A program made the translations under genes and the position numbers. Positions 11,876 to 25,495 of a stretch of 64,000 nucleotides of DNA are shown piece by piece. The notes under the pieces are model-generated. The model was not told the DNA's origin. It saw only the letters and a program-made list of their open reading frames with translations, and did no database searches. This DNA is from Oculina patagonica (Eukaryota). The DNA is taken from the NCBI RefSeq assembly GCF_052425735.1, contig NC_135761.1, forward strand, positions 17,174,001 through 17,238,000, given 5' to 3'. Position 1 is the first letter of the stretch. Each line of letters begins with the position of its first letter.

Positions 11876-14801
11876 TATTATTGCTGTGATATCCTTCGAT
11901 TGTTTTTTGCTTCAACATCGCTCCATCAGTACTTTATGAGTTATCCTGGTATCTGCCCGCGAACTACGTTCCGGTTTTACACATTTTATTCTGTCGTTCG
12001 AAGATAAATATGCGGACGATCTGTCGAAGGCCTCGCACTACTGAACAAGTATTCGGTCCAGCAACTGAGGAACTTGATATGCACACACAGAACGGATTGC
12101 TTCTACCGGAATTTGGCCACTCTACCGACTCGGCTTCAAGGTCCTGTGGTCTCCAAACCGCGGCTAAAACAGCAAAAAGCATGAACCTCACAAAAACATT
12201 ATTTGTATGGTGGAGACAACATGCCTTCGTTTGCCCGAGATTATGTAATGTGAATGAACGACTTATAAAGAACAAGACGATTTCTTCAACTAGAATATAC
12301 TATTCTCTTGTCAAGCCGGAGAACAGTCAACAAGGGTCATGGCAGTCGTGAATGTCTTTCAAGCCTCGTCTAGCGCGCCTTCTCTCCCGCCGAAAGTGGT
12401 CAGTAAAAAAATTTGACAAGCAATCCGGATTTCCCTGGGGTGCATCTTTGCTACAAGCTAAGTATAAATATTTATAAGCTGATTCTATTTTGCGTTATAT
12501 CATAGTTAGTAGAGTTTTATTCGACCGGCGTTAAATGAGATTTCAATATGAAAACAAACGAAACTTAGAGCAATTTGCAGGCTGCCGTTTCCACCAGCCG
12601 TCGTAAAGCCTACAGTAAAGGGCTTACAAGATACCGGTGGAATTCGCTATTGTTATCTTCTGCAGCGTTCGAAGTCATGTCTTAATACCTGAGTAGACGA
12701 GACCCTTTATAATTTGGCTGCTCAAAGTTGAGGAAGAGTGACATAAACTTAGCTTTGCTGGAGGCTAGTGTGGTGAATTCTCGTCCCTTGTCACTAAAGT
12801 CAAAATAGGACAAATAACAACTCAAAGCAACGAAAGTTCTCAGCTTATAGAATACTTTATGAAGATTCTGAAAATTTAAAGAGTTTTTACATTTAATGCA
12901 AGGAATTTGAGGTATTTAAAAGTGCCATTGTGACTGCCATTTTAACAAAAAATAGGTTATAACTCAAGGGGAAATTGAACAATTGTAGCAAGAATTTGAT
13001 CCAAACATACAGGGGCGTACCTGCCTTTACTCGTAGCACTATAAATTGCCTAGGAACGCCCCTGACATAAAATACAATAACAGGACTTTTTACGAGAGTA
13101 TGTCACAGGAAATATAAAAGTGATGATCCTAGGATCAAAACATAAAATTTTGCTTTGCAGTGAATACATTACCTTGTTTATGCAAGAAGCATCAAACAAC
13201 TCACGACATACTCGAAATTCTAACCATTTCAAGCCTGCCAAATTTAGTGGCACAAGGATAAATCTAACAGGAGCTACTCTATCTACAATGAATGCATGTC
13301 TGTGTCGCAAGTGTCTAAATTGTTCAAATACGCCTTATTTTTCGCACCTTCTTCCCTAATTGATTCTTGTGCGAGTTCTGCCTTCCTGCCATGTTTCTCA
13401 GGTCAGCAATGTATAATTTCAGTGGTGAATAACAAACTTTTGCTCTGTATAAGGTCTTTCTTTCCGTTTTTCCCAGCACTCATTGAATTCGTGCTGTATC
13501 ATTCAAAGGGAAACCATGAATTGGCTTTTTTTGGTTGCCTTTGATTTCGAGAAAGCTTTTGACTCACTAAGCTGGTCCTTCTTATTTAAAGCCTTGCGAG
13601 CTTTTAACTTCGGTGAATCGTTTATCCGTTGGGTTTCTGTACTGTACTGTAACATATCGAGCTGTGTTATAAACAACGGCTTTTCTTCTCAGCTTTTTGA
13701 CGTTCGAAGAGGTGTCAGGCAGGGGGATCCGCTGTCGGCATACCTCTTTATCATTGCTCTCGAAGTGTTGCTTGTTAGAATCAGAAGTGACGTGAGTATA
13801 AAAGGTATTGTCGTTGACAAGGAAATCAAACTTGCAGCTTTCGCTGATGATCTGACAACGTTTTTACATGACGTCAACTCCCTCGAAAATCTTTCCACGA
13901 CTCTTCATAAATTTGGATTGTGTTCTGGCTTGAAGCTCAACGCGGAGAAAACCGAAGCTTTATGGCTAGGAACCAGCCACGATAACGACCAACCCTTTCC
14001 TGCTGGTATCGACAAAGTTAATAAACCAATTAAAATTCTTGGCGTTCATTTTACCTACGATTTGAAGAAAAAACAAGAGCTCAACTATGATGAAACTCTA
14101 AAGTCGCTTTCCGATACCCTAGCAGGATGGAGATGGCGGAACTTGACTTTATATGGCAAAATCCAGGTCGTTAAGACATTTCTTATACCAAAATTTATGT
14201 TTCGCGCATCACTCATGTGCTCCACGAAAAAAATAATCAAAGAGCTTAACTCCATTATCTACAGGTTCATCTGGAAGGGATGTGACAAAATTAAACGCTT
14301 AGCACTAATCAGTGATTATAAGAATGGTGGTCTAAGAATGCCACATGTTAAAACTCTTATCGATACCCAACGCATTATCTGTCTTAAAAAATATATTGAG
14401 GATTACGACAGCCCATGGAAACACTTTCTTTCGTTCTTTCTCAAGGACTATGGCGGAAAATTTCTCTTATACTGCAATTTCAATCCTGCTGACCTACCAG
14501 ACCATATTCCCAGCTTTTACAGAGACTGTCTTGATGTCTGGTCAAAATTAACGACCAAACCTGCCGAGTCCCGTGGCGAAGTTCTAAACCAAATCCTCTG
14601 GAACAATCAATTCGTACGCATCAACGGCAAACCTATTTTTTACAGAAGACTACTCTCAAAGGGTATCACTTTCATTTCTGACATTCTGACCAAGAACGGC
14701 AAGCTAAAGCCTTGGCCCTCTTTTGCGACAATTGGGCTTACGCTCATTGAATTTTTCTCACTACTGGGTATTTTTGACTCTCTTCCTTCTCCGTGGAAAG
14801 C

Positions 14802-17800
14802 CCTTCACTGGCGAAAAATGTAATACGCATGCGCTGTGCAAAAAGTCATGTGACGGCTTTCCAGCCTTTTTATTGGCTCATCGCGAAGATGCCGGCAAAA
14901 TTGAAGAAGTTAATGGCCGCCGTTTTTACCAAGGAAGGTGTTGTGATTTTTTACCTCTGTGAGAGATCAAAGATTGTTTTCTTCACGTTGTTAAATGTAT
15001 CGCATTCTCCAGTTATTCTTGCATCCTGGGACCGATTAACAAATGCAGTTGGTTAATGCATTTCACGGTCAGTGGCGTTCAGGAATGGAGTATCGCGACG
15101 AAAAGTGATGCAAAAAAGGTGGGTGAATTTCACGTTTTTGCTTACGGTATGTCTCGTGCAGCACGGTACACGAAGGGATTATAAGTAAGTAAAAGTACAT
15201 TTTCTAGGCTTTTTGTAGATATATAAATTAGCTTGTACCGAGTTGCAGGGGAGTGGCAATTGGCTGAAACTTGGACTGTATTTTGGAGAGAGCTTTCGAC
15301 ATCGATGTCTATCGAATCAATATCGAAGAACAATATTCCACTATAAAAACGCGACCCAAAAATTGATTTTCGCACAGTGTATTCAAGTTTTCCTTCAAAG
15401 GAATAATGGGTCTCCGAGAGCTGTTTTAGTGGCTGATCGATCCTACATAAAAATGATGTTGTTATCGTACAATTCGATAGTTCATTGCTTAATTTGTTAT
15501 TTATTTATTGCGGCACGGGTGTAAATGCGAATGGTTCCATGGAATTGTAAATCTTTAATTTGTGTGTAATTTTTTTTCCCTAACATGGCAAGAATTTTGA
15601 AGAAATAGCTTTTTCGTCTATATTTTCGGATTTGTTTCATCTGAATCCTCAAATCTCCTCTGGGAGAATAGGGCCTTAGAGATTCGTATTTGTTTACCTT
15701 GGAAGTTTTCTTTTCTTCAGTTGTTCGTTTCTTCTTGATCTTGTCTGGTCCAAATATAAATATCATGTATGACATGTATTGATGATCTTTTCTTTCTAAA
15801 AACTCTTTGCCAGAATACTGCATTATAAACATAAAACTTCCTAAGTTTGAATGTTGCTCCCCAGAAGGCTTGTTATATTTCAGAGGCCTACATATGTAGC
15901 TTTCGGTATGTTGGACATTCCTTTTGGAACTGCAGTACAAATAAAGAAGGCTTTAATTTCAAAGAAAGATACAGACACAGAATACAAAAGAAATTTATTT
16001 TCTAGAGTTCCAGATTTGTTCAAATGGCATTTATACCTGTACAGTATTTTAATTGACATTGCCTGTTGGTTTCACTTTTGTTAGTTTCTTAAAACCGGTG
16101 ATATTAAGTACAACTGTCAAGTATACCATATGCTCTTTTTGTCCATGAGCTGTTTACATGTACTGGTACATCATTTTCCGTTTGGCATCCCACATGTAAT
16201 TTTGATGCTTTTCACTGTAGCAAGAAGGCCGGTTAAATTCAGTTCTCAGTTTCAATGTGTTGTAAGAATATCTTGGCAAATCTTTGTTGATGTTTACAAT
16301 TTTCTGTATCTATAAAAAACAAACACCTTAGGCTCAGTCAAGTCTTGTGCACAGGATTTCACCATCAACTTGTGCCAACACAAGCATCAAAATGTCTTCA
16401 TCCTTGTGTGGCACTTGCATTTATCAGTGTTTGTTTGAACTCTAGTTCAGGTTTTTTTACTTACACTTGTGCTTGCTTCACTGATGAAAACCAGGCTTTA
16501 GGAAATGCTTATTCTGGGTTCAGTTTCACCCCACTTTGTGTTTGTTTGGATGCATATTTTTCTGTGTAGGGAAGTGGGATTTTTTAATTGGCTTGGGGAT
16601 ATTTTGATTGCCAGTCAATTACATAAGAAATGCAAACTTTAGGGCTTAAAATATGGCATTCATACATCTTGGAATATTCATTTCACATATCCATCTGGTT
16701 TTGTAGCTTTATTTACAATACACCATGAATGTGTTGCAAGATGCTGTTCTACAAAGTAAAGCTTTGTCATAGTTTAACTGCAACAGAGGATTAAGGATGT
16801 GGGTACCTAATCGAAAAAACAGAATTAGATTTGACCATGTATGTATGGGTAAACAAATTATAACAAAATTTATGATACAATGTACATTGTAATGACTTAC
16901 ATGTACCCTGTTTAACATTACTACATGTCACACATGTTTTACTAAAGCAAAAGCTACATTTTGAAATCTTCCAAGTTCTTTTATTTGCTTGACTGACAAA
17001 AGGAAAATAACTGCTTGTACATTCCCTGGAACAATCAAAGGATTTGACTTTTGCTTCAATAGGTTGACCTCAAAATTAATAGCTTTGTACATCAAAGTTT
17101 TCGTTCAGCAAAAACTCAGTGACTCAGGATCAACTTAAGTACTAACAACTCCAAATTAATGAAACCCAATGCTAGAAGCGATGATGTTTTACAAGGAGAG
17201 CTGCAATAATTTTCAGGAAATTTGTCAAATTAACATAACTAAATGTAGCTGACAACTTGTGTGTAAATGACTGCTCTCCAACTGCAGAGTGAGGAGAATT
17301 TGCACAAGTAACAATGTTCAGTAAAAGAGGGAGTTTGGTAAAAGATTGACAGGCAGTGTGGCAGAAGGCTACTAACTAGCTACTATTTTTTTTTCAGCAT
17401 TTTTTTATTTTTGCAGGTTGTGCAGTTAGCTAAATGGCAACAAATAGAAACCAGTGTTTACTGACTGTAGGATCACTAAAATGACAATAAATTTGAAATT
17501 CTTTTGCTCTCATTCAGACTGCTGCTCTCTTTGTGTTTCGCATAAGTTACTGGGAGATGTTAAATAGTAAAAAATAATAAACTTTATTTGTCACTCCAAT
17601 AAAATGGTTTTTCAGTAACAATTACAGTAAAAAGATGCTCATTCCAGCCCACATAATGATATCATTTGACAGCCTCATGCAAAGTTCAGCGTGTTGTATT
17701 GAAATTGAAGATATTTTTGTGTCACAATTTTGTTTCAGTGAATCTGTTAATGAATTCAAAACACTGTGTCTTGTTAAAAAAAATAACTTGTAGGAACGCA

Positions 17801-18899
17801 CAACAAACCATTTAAGTGTAAGCAATTTGTTTTCAATAGCATGCAACCAGGTCTTTTTTTTTTTTTTTCAGGTGGGATGGCTGCATGCAGTTTGGGTGGG
17901 GGGTGCTAAAGGGATAAGACATATTGAAAACAAATATTCACAACCTTTGAAAACCAATGTTCACAGTTCCTTTTAATTAATTTTATCTTTCTCATAGCAC
18001 TCAGTAGATGTTACAAAAAACAAACTAAATCAGTGCAATGATACACCCCTGGAGAACTTGAATATCATTACAGTACAGAAATAATAGCATACATTGAATT
18101 GATATTTTCCCTTTTATGCACGAGAAATGTCTATGAAGAAAAAGCAATAATTTTCAGGGACTGATGTATAATACAGTATTCACATATGTATAGCGGTATT
18201 TGTGCATGCAACCTATAAGAAATTATTAGAAATGCTACAAATAATCAATTTTGTTTACAAAAACTGTTCATTTCAAAGCCAAAACAGATTTATCATTCAT
18301 ATTACTACCTAACGAGCTACAAATGCCAGAGGAAATTTAACCTCAAGTCACAAGACAGATGTACTTGTCTTGGCAACTTCGTTTATAAAGAGAGTTGGAC
18401 AATGAATAAATAAGTCTTATGACTAATTGACGAACGTGCAAAAATATGGTCGATCGGATGACAACCTCACAAACCAAATAGGTTCAATAAGCTTATATGT
18501 TATTGTTACGAAACGCATCGGTTCCATTTTCCCGAAAGAAACCAATCTTGCAACTGTAGTGTAAAGTACAGCCCTATTTCTTACCGACAATTTGATTGCA
18601 CTTCAATGAAACCATTTGATTTTTGCGGATTTTTGAAATGAGCTCCTCCATGATCGTCATTCAACTGTACAAGCTCCTTGCTCCCTCGGCCGTCCTTTAC
18701 GTTACATTGTGCGTAAATACGGACTCGAGCACTGGCCTCGCATGAAAGATTTCTTCTAGAAAGAAAAAATATCCGTATTCTTTCAGTATGCGTCCACAAC
18801 TTCGCATTACAACTTTCCATCTTGTCCGCATCGTCCGCCATTTTGAATGGTGTCACGTGGTTGCGCGCGGACCAATCAGACATTTTTCGCCAGTGAAGG
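14802..18899. mobile_element. 4.1-kb TIR DNA transposon nested in the LINE, no intact transposase visible
   Basis: TIRs CCTTCACTGGCGAAAAATGT/ACATTTTTCGCCAGTGAAGG. The flanking duplication can be read as AAAGC (5 bp), GAAAGCC (7 bp) or GGAAAGCCC (9 bp), depending on where the TIR ends. Removing it restores the LINE reading frame. Confidence 0.88.
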
Positions 18900-19073
18900 A
18901 AAGCCCTAATTAACTCGAATGGGACTCCTATTGAATCTTACATCCCACCTGTATTGCAACATACCCTCTATTTAAATGGTAAATGCTTTCCGCTTGATTC
19001 GATTAACTCGAAAAAGCTATACTGGAAATTGGTGGAGACGATTCAAGTAGACCCAGCGGCACGACACAAATAT

Positions 19074-19379
19074 TTAACAATTATCCTGCGAAATCGCGCG
19101 GAATATCGCCTGATACTTAGCCGACGAGGCCGTAGGCCGAGTTGGCTAAAATCAGACGATATTCCGCAAGATTGAGCAGGATAATTGTTTTATTATTCAA
19201 CAAATTGTCATCGAAACACATTTTGGACATAGAAAAACTGTAATTATGCAGCGCTTTACAAGATTTCGGACGAATCTTCGCAACCTACGAATATCGCAGG
19301 ATATCTGTTATGTACGGATGACAGATATCCTTAACATTTTGACCATATATGGGCAGCGCGCGCATCTGTTGAATAATAA
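19074..19379. mobile_element. Palindromic MITE-like insertion nested in the LINE
   Basis: Long internal hairpin (aacaattatcctg...gccgtaggc...caggataattgtt). Removing it restores RHKY|TTLFHK in frame. Confidence 0.75.
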
Positions 19380-20189
19380 ACAACATTATTTCACAAGCAC
19401 GAGCTAGACTGGGAAACATTTTACTTAATTCCACATGTCGTTACAATTGACACGAATACAAAAATTTTCCAATACAAAATTCTCAATCGGATACTGTACA
19501 CCAACAAATCTCTATACAAAATGAAAATAGTCAGCTCTCCTCTTTGTACTTTCTGTCACACGTCTGAGGAATCTCTCGAGCATCTTTTTTGTTATTGTAA
19601 ACATAGCATCGACTTTTGGAAGTCCGTTGTTCTTTGGCTAAAATCCATAGACATAAATATTGACTTTTTAAATGATTACGATATCATTTTCGGCCTAGCT
19701 CAAAAGAATCTCAATTGGACCCTTCTAAATCATATTATTATTATTGGTAAACAGGTCATTTACTCTAACCGGCTCAAGAATATTCTACCCCTTTTGCCAC
19801 ATGTTATCATAAAAATAAAATACATTGAATCAATTGAGCGATCCATTGCCCTAAAAAATAACAAACTGAAAACTCACGTTGAAAAGTGGAAGCCAATTAT
19901 CAACTCTTTGTAATATAATGTATAAGATTATTAAGTTTTTTGGAGATTAGGTGTTTAACATGTACCGTAATTACTTTTGTAACGTATAACGTAAGTAATG
20001 TAGTATGTTTGTGTAACATAATATAATGTACTGTGTAATGTAATATATGTAGGGTTAAACAAATGTAATGTACTGTAGTGTAAGTCTTCTAAAGCATTAA
20101 AGTATAAAAAAAAAAAAAAAAAAAAAAATGAATTGGCATTTTAGTATTAACAGTCTTGTATTTATAAATCTATCTATCATCATCATTTT

Positions 20190-20830
20190 ATCTGCCACTT
20201 CAGAATTACAAATACAAATTAAAATAACTTAAAAGATAGGGCGAGGAGACCTCCAAGAAACCACAAGGCTTATGGGGGAGGCTACCTCGGGTTAGCAATA
20301 AGTTTTTTATTTCGCTGTGAGTGGCAGCTAGGTCAATTTCAGACTCATTTTCTGGTAGAGAATTCCAAATTTTAGGACCCTGGAAAAGTATTGTAACTGC
20401 TTTAGATTTGTACGACAGTGATGTGGTCGATAACACTTGGCTATTCTTGTATCATAACTGTGTATTTGACTACTAGTAGAAAACAAATTGAGAAACATCG
20501 GGGGCAATAATTGGTTAAGATAGTAAAACATAAATTTAGCTATTTGCAATGCATTAACTTGAAGATATCTAAGATGCCCAGTTTAGCAAATAAGGGGGCA
20601 GAATGTTCTCGATAGTCTAAGTTGGTAATAGCTCGCACAGCACATTTTTGTAAATAAAAAATTCTATTTAAATTAGTTACATATCATGTAGAAGACCAGG
20701 CTGAATTACAGTTAGTGATATAAGGATAAATTAAGGTGTAGTACAGAGCAAGCTTAGTATTAGATGATAAATAATATCTTGACCTAAATATGACACCAAC
20801 TGACTTAGAGATTTGTTTACATACTCCTTT
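20190..20830 (-). mobile_element. Degenerate CR1/L2/Crack-group LINE 3' fragment
   Basis: Frameshifted C-terminal LINE motifs QIAKFMF...HSYDTR...CRTN...FQGPKIWNSLP. Confidence 0.7.
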
Positions 20831-20982
20831 ACGTGTATGAAATGGCTAGGTCACACCTTACGGATGCCTTCTTGTACCATCACAAGGCAAGCTTTGTCCT
20901 GAAATCCTCAAGGGAGTTAAAAGAGAGGTCGACCATGAACACCTGGAGACGTTCGCTAAAAGCAGAGATCAAGTCCATGGGC

Positions 20983-21520
20983 AATAATAATAATAATAAT
21001 AATAAAACTTTATTTAAACTCGAATTTAGAGTAGCTTGACAGCTAATATTTCCGAGAACGAAAAATAGAGAACAAAAAAAAAAATAAATAAATAAAAACA
21101 AAAGTTACTATTTACATATTTAAAATTGATTTATATTAACTAATTATAAAATTGTCATTTACATGCTTCATAAATTGGCTTTGCAGATGTACCTTTTAAA
21201 GTCAGATAAGTTACATAGCCTTATAAAATTAGGTAGAGAATTCCATTCTTTTGTTGCCAGATAAGTAAAGGAGTGGAGACCAAAAGTTGTAGTTCTAGGC
21301 TTGGGCATTTCCAGTATATAGTTTCCACGCAGGTTGTATGAAGTAGAACGGAGCGAGAACATGTTTCTCATATAGGCGGGATAGTTATTGAAAAATAGAC
21401 GTTTGTACAAGATGGTAAGGAATTTACAGATGCATTGATCATGAAGTTGGGACAGTTTATCCTGTCTTGCAGCACATTATAAGGCAATTCAAAATCACTT
21501 AAAATGAATCTCAGAGTTGG
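20983..21520 (-). mobile_element. L2/Crack/Daphne-group LINE 3' end
   Basis: YPAYMRNMF...SYNLRG...FGLHSFTY...WNSLP ORF end, then AATAAA and a (TTA)n tail at 20983-21004 on the minus strand. Confidence 0.72.
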
Positions 21521-21694
21521 TACCAGCTAGAGAGGGATGCACGGGACAGGATGCTATGACGAGAGACTGTTGATGGTCTATACTCCTAAGAAGGAGTCGA
21601 GCGAAGGGCTACTACTACTTATTTACATGTTAACTTAAACCTATTTTATATTTGTGTGGTGTTCGTCTATGGGGAATACACTTCGTGTATTTGT

Positions 21695-23548
21695 GGGGAT
21701 GAAGTGCTCTGTACCATTCGCCCTTTTGCCCCATAGCCTCACAGGGTCAGCTTTCCCCTTATAGTGGGGACCCCCCAGTGTTGCTGTTGTTGGTTGTTGT
21801 GATTGTTCCCAAGGGTCCTAGAGATTAGGACCCCAGGTTCTTGGGAACCAGGGCATGTGGTTGTGTTTGTTCCCAAGGGTCCTAGAGATTAGGACCCCAG
21901 GTTCTTGGGAACGTTCCCAAGGGTCCTAGAGATTAGGACCCCAGGTTCTTGGGAACCAGGGCATGTGGTTGTGTTTGTTCCCAAGGGTCCTAGAGATTAG
22001 GACCCCAGGTTCTTGGGAACTAGGGCTTCCAGTCCTGAAAGGAAGGAGAGGATTCCAGTCTCTCGTTGCCAACCAACTATCCTGTGATACATGTACCCTG
22101 CATGATTCCTATTGATGATTCTGATTGGCAACTCGAGCACTTCATCCCTTACCCCTTTTCTCCCACTGAACTTGTTGTCTTGTTTTGACTTCATGGGTTG
22201 GGAACATTAAAGCAAATTTATATGTAATATAAATGCCAATTTACATGTAATATAAATTAAAGTTAATGTGACAACCATGAAAGGAGTTCAGAGAAGTCAT
22301 AAGATCACTCTATTCAAATATGCAGATCTGTCACATAATATGCTGCAAGACTATCACTCTTGCGTTACATTCAAAGGTCAAATTCACTTCTAGAGTGTGA
22401 TACGCTATTTGGGCTGGCCAATCACATCGCCCCCTTTTCTATTATGTCAATCAAGGCCATGCGGTTTTATCTAGACTTGAGTAGTTTTACTTCAAATTCT
22501 CTGAGCTCCCTAGAAGAGTTTTTACAATAATCCCACCCACCCAACCCTCTTTGGTTCTCTTTTAGCTTAGTATTTGTAAAAATGTAGGCAATGTTCTAGT
22601 TCTACGCACATATCTGGCTATGTTGAGGGTGTTTATTTTACTATTATTATTATTTACAAACGTAAGCCATAGCTGATGGACTAAAGAAGCAAGCCCGTAT
22701 TTGTAGACATTGTTATAATTATTATTTCCATTTTGTATGCTAACTTGCGTTTAGAGCTGATGGACTTAAGCAGAATGCCTGCTTACAGAATTGTTTTTTT
22801 TTATATTGTTACCATTTTGTATGCTAGCTCAGGCTTAGAGCTGTTAGACTTGAGCAATGTGTCTGCTTTTGAGATATTGATATACATGTAACCGTTAGCT
22901 TAAGTGTCGAGCTGGCATACACTAACTCGACCATTCTGTTATTCGATTACTGTCTCTTCTGAACTTCTTCAATAGCCTTAGACCATCTTAATTAAGCATT
23001 GTCTTTCCTTATTGTTAATAAACCACGGGAGGGGATGAAGTGCTCTGTACCATTCGCCCTTTTGCCCCATAGCCTCACAGGGTCAGCTTTCCCCTTATAG
23101 TGGGGACCCCCCAGTGTTGCTGTTGTTGGTTGTTGTGATTGTTCCCAAGGGTCCTAGAGATTAGGACCCCAGGTTCTTGGGAACCAGGGCATGTGGTTGT
23201 GTTTGTTCCCAAGGGTCCTAGAGATTAGGACCCCAGGTTCTTGGGAACGTTCCCAAGGGTCCTAGAGATTAGGACCCCAGGTTCTTGGGAACCAGGGCAT
23301 GTGGTTGTGTTTGTTCCCAAGGGTCCTAGAGATTAGGACCCCAGGTTCTTGGGAACTAGGGCTTCCAGTCCTGAAAGGAAGGAGAGGATTCCAGTCTCTC
23401 GTTGCCAACCAACTATCCTGTGATACATGTACCCTGCATGATTCCTATTGATGATTCTGATTGGCAACTCGAGCACTTCATCCCTTACCCCTTTTCTCCC
23501 ACTGAACTTGTTGTCTTGTTTTGACTTCATGGGTTGGGAACATTAAAG
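21695..23548. repeat. 518-bp direct repeats Y1 (21695-22212) and Y2 (23031-23548), each containing four 44-bp hairpin units
   Basis: The two copies appear identical, offset by 1336 bp. The unit gttcccaagggtcctagagattaggaccccaggttcttgggaac occurs at 21805, 21869, 21913 and 21977. Y2 abuts B1' intron 2. Confidence 0.9.
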
Positions 23549-23598
23549 GGAACTGTAATTAAATTCAGTAAATATAGCATTCGATAACTGAACTTTAC

Positions 23599-24438
23599 CT
23601 AACTTTGTCTCGCAATTATTTCCTGTCCATGGCAGAATGCATTTGCATTGAAATTGTTGTCTGTCTTCGTTAAAATAGCAGTGGCCTTGGTTGAGGCAAG
23701 TTATTTGCTTACATCCACCCTGGAACAAAAAAAAGGAAATAAAATCAAAATTTATCAAAACAAGCAAAAAAAGGAAATTAGAATTTATAATCTACCTTAT
23801 TGGTCTTAAAAAAGGGCTGTTCAATATATACCCAAATGCCATATTTTATCTTTATAGATTGGATTTAGTGCCTTGTATAAAATGGAAACGTTAAAAATCA
23901 CTGTAATGCAAGTTCGTGAGTATTGATTACCCAGTCGCGTAAAACGAACGGAAAACTTCACAAAAAAAGAAAAGCAAAATGAAAATTAAGCTTTAAACTA
24001 AACTAAAAAAGTGAGCTGATAAATGTAAAGAATTCCTAAAGCTTGCTCCTTTGGCGTTATTGATCAAAATGAAACCAAATAAATTCTTACCTCCTCGTCA
24101 ATGGAAGCTTGAAACGTCTCCGAATAGAGAGAAAATACAAATCCTTTAGCGTATTCCAATTCATCGTTGAATAGCAACGAAACACCATGATCGTTTAATT
24201 CGCATACAGGCTTATTATCTGCTGGGGAGACTCCAAAGTTCGTGGACACGCACTTGGACTCTGCTAGGCACGACTGAGCACAGGACAACAACGTAGAACC
24301 TTTTAGAATCTTAATTTGGTGACCATCCAGTTTATGGTGTGGGACTGTTTTGAGTGCACCTTGTATATGGCGCTGTTCTAAGCTGTCAGTGGATCGAAGC
24401 GTAGTAAAAAGAAGCAAAATGAGTCTGAGAACTTTCAT
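23599..24438 (-). pseudogene. B1' (alternate copy of B1): signal+PAN exon 24438-24091 and EGF exon 23719-23599; GRD exon not found
   Basis: Nearly identical to 52404-53248 (F/S and N/S changes). Intron 2 homology stops at ~23547, where a >12-kb TE stack begins. No family-B GRD exon is visible in 10589-23546. Confidence 0.7.
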
Positions 24439-25495
24439 CTTGAAAGCACCTTATAACTCAAAGTGGAAATGCTTGGAAATAATTAGCACTCACTTAAAAT
24501 GGTTCTCTATTAGTTTTTATGGAGCTTTTAAAGCTACACACATTTAGCAAGTCCAACCAGCTGCTATAATGCAAACATTGCTAATCATCGCGGTAAAAGA
24601 AAACTGTCATGCTGAGAAAGCATGTGACAGAATAAGTTTAAATTAACCATTGTACTTTTTAAAATACTATTCGCTTTTCAGCCTTCAGAAAAACTACTTC
24701 ATAGTTTATTGCGTTTATGTTCAATTACCTTTGCAAGAATCAATAAAACCTCACTAAGCTGCTTTCTGATGGATACAGTGAGACACAAAATATCATTTTA
24801 AAAGTAGAAAACCGTAATGGATATTAGAAGTAAATAAAACCGCTCTGGAAGACTTATCATCAGCTGATGATAATTATCGTTTTTTCTATCTTTTTCTATC
24901 ATCCTGGCATAGGATTTGCGATGTTTATTCTGGGACGGATTGTGATTTCAATGTTTGCTTTCCTTGACAATACGTTCAGCATTCTATAAAAATACATTGC
25001 ACGACTACATTAAGCTTCCTAGTTAAAGGGACTGTGTCACGGATTTTAGCCAAATTTAGGCATGGGAAATGACCATCAAATTCGTTGAAAAACGTTGCGT
25101 AAAATCTCCAAACCCAAACTTGTGATTGACAATCTGACACTTATCTGACAGACATACGGCAAAGTAAATACAACCATACGTTAACATCTGATCGGGAAGT
25201 TATAACCCAACTCAAATGAATCTTAATAGTAAAACACCGGAATATAAACCGAATTAAGCGACTTTCTGTCGGTTGCCAGCAAAAACTGAAAATCAACACA
25301 AACAGAAAGTTCCGACCAAATGTCTAATTCTGTCTCGCGTCTTATTTAAATGACGTCTCCAATAAAAAATAACTTAAAACTAAACAAACATTAGCTTGAA
25401 TAATTAAGTGTTTGTTAAAAAGGGGATTTCACAATTGTTTCAAGATCAAAGCATTGTGTAAACAAAGTATCAAATTATTTTCTAAGATGTGAACA

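Larger units (their letters stand above)
13526..20127 (+). mobile_element. 5'-truncated L1/Tx1-clade LINE (RT and C-terminal CCHC region) interrupted by two nested insertions
   Basis: RT motifs DFEKAFD, GVRQGDPLS and FADD. The frame resumes after the insertions at ~18900 (WKALINSNG...) and 19380 (TTLFHKHELDW...CTFC...ESLEHLF), with a stop at 19913. Poly(A) ends at ~20127. TSD ATGAATTGGC at 13516-13525 and 20128-20137. Confidence 0.93.

Noticed and set aside
21805-22020. CRISPR-like array of 44-bp palindromic repeats
   Set aside because: The spacers are identical or absent, there are no cas genes, and the context is a eukaryotic TE.
22660-22880. Three repeated gctgatggac motifs as hammerhead ribozymes
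   Set aside because: The core is CTGATGG or CTGTTAG without a properly placed GAAA. More likely a retroelement 3' UTR.
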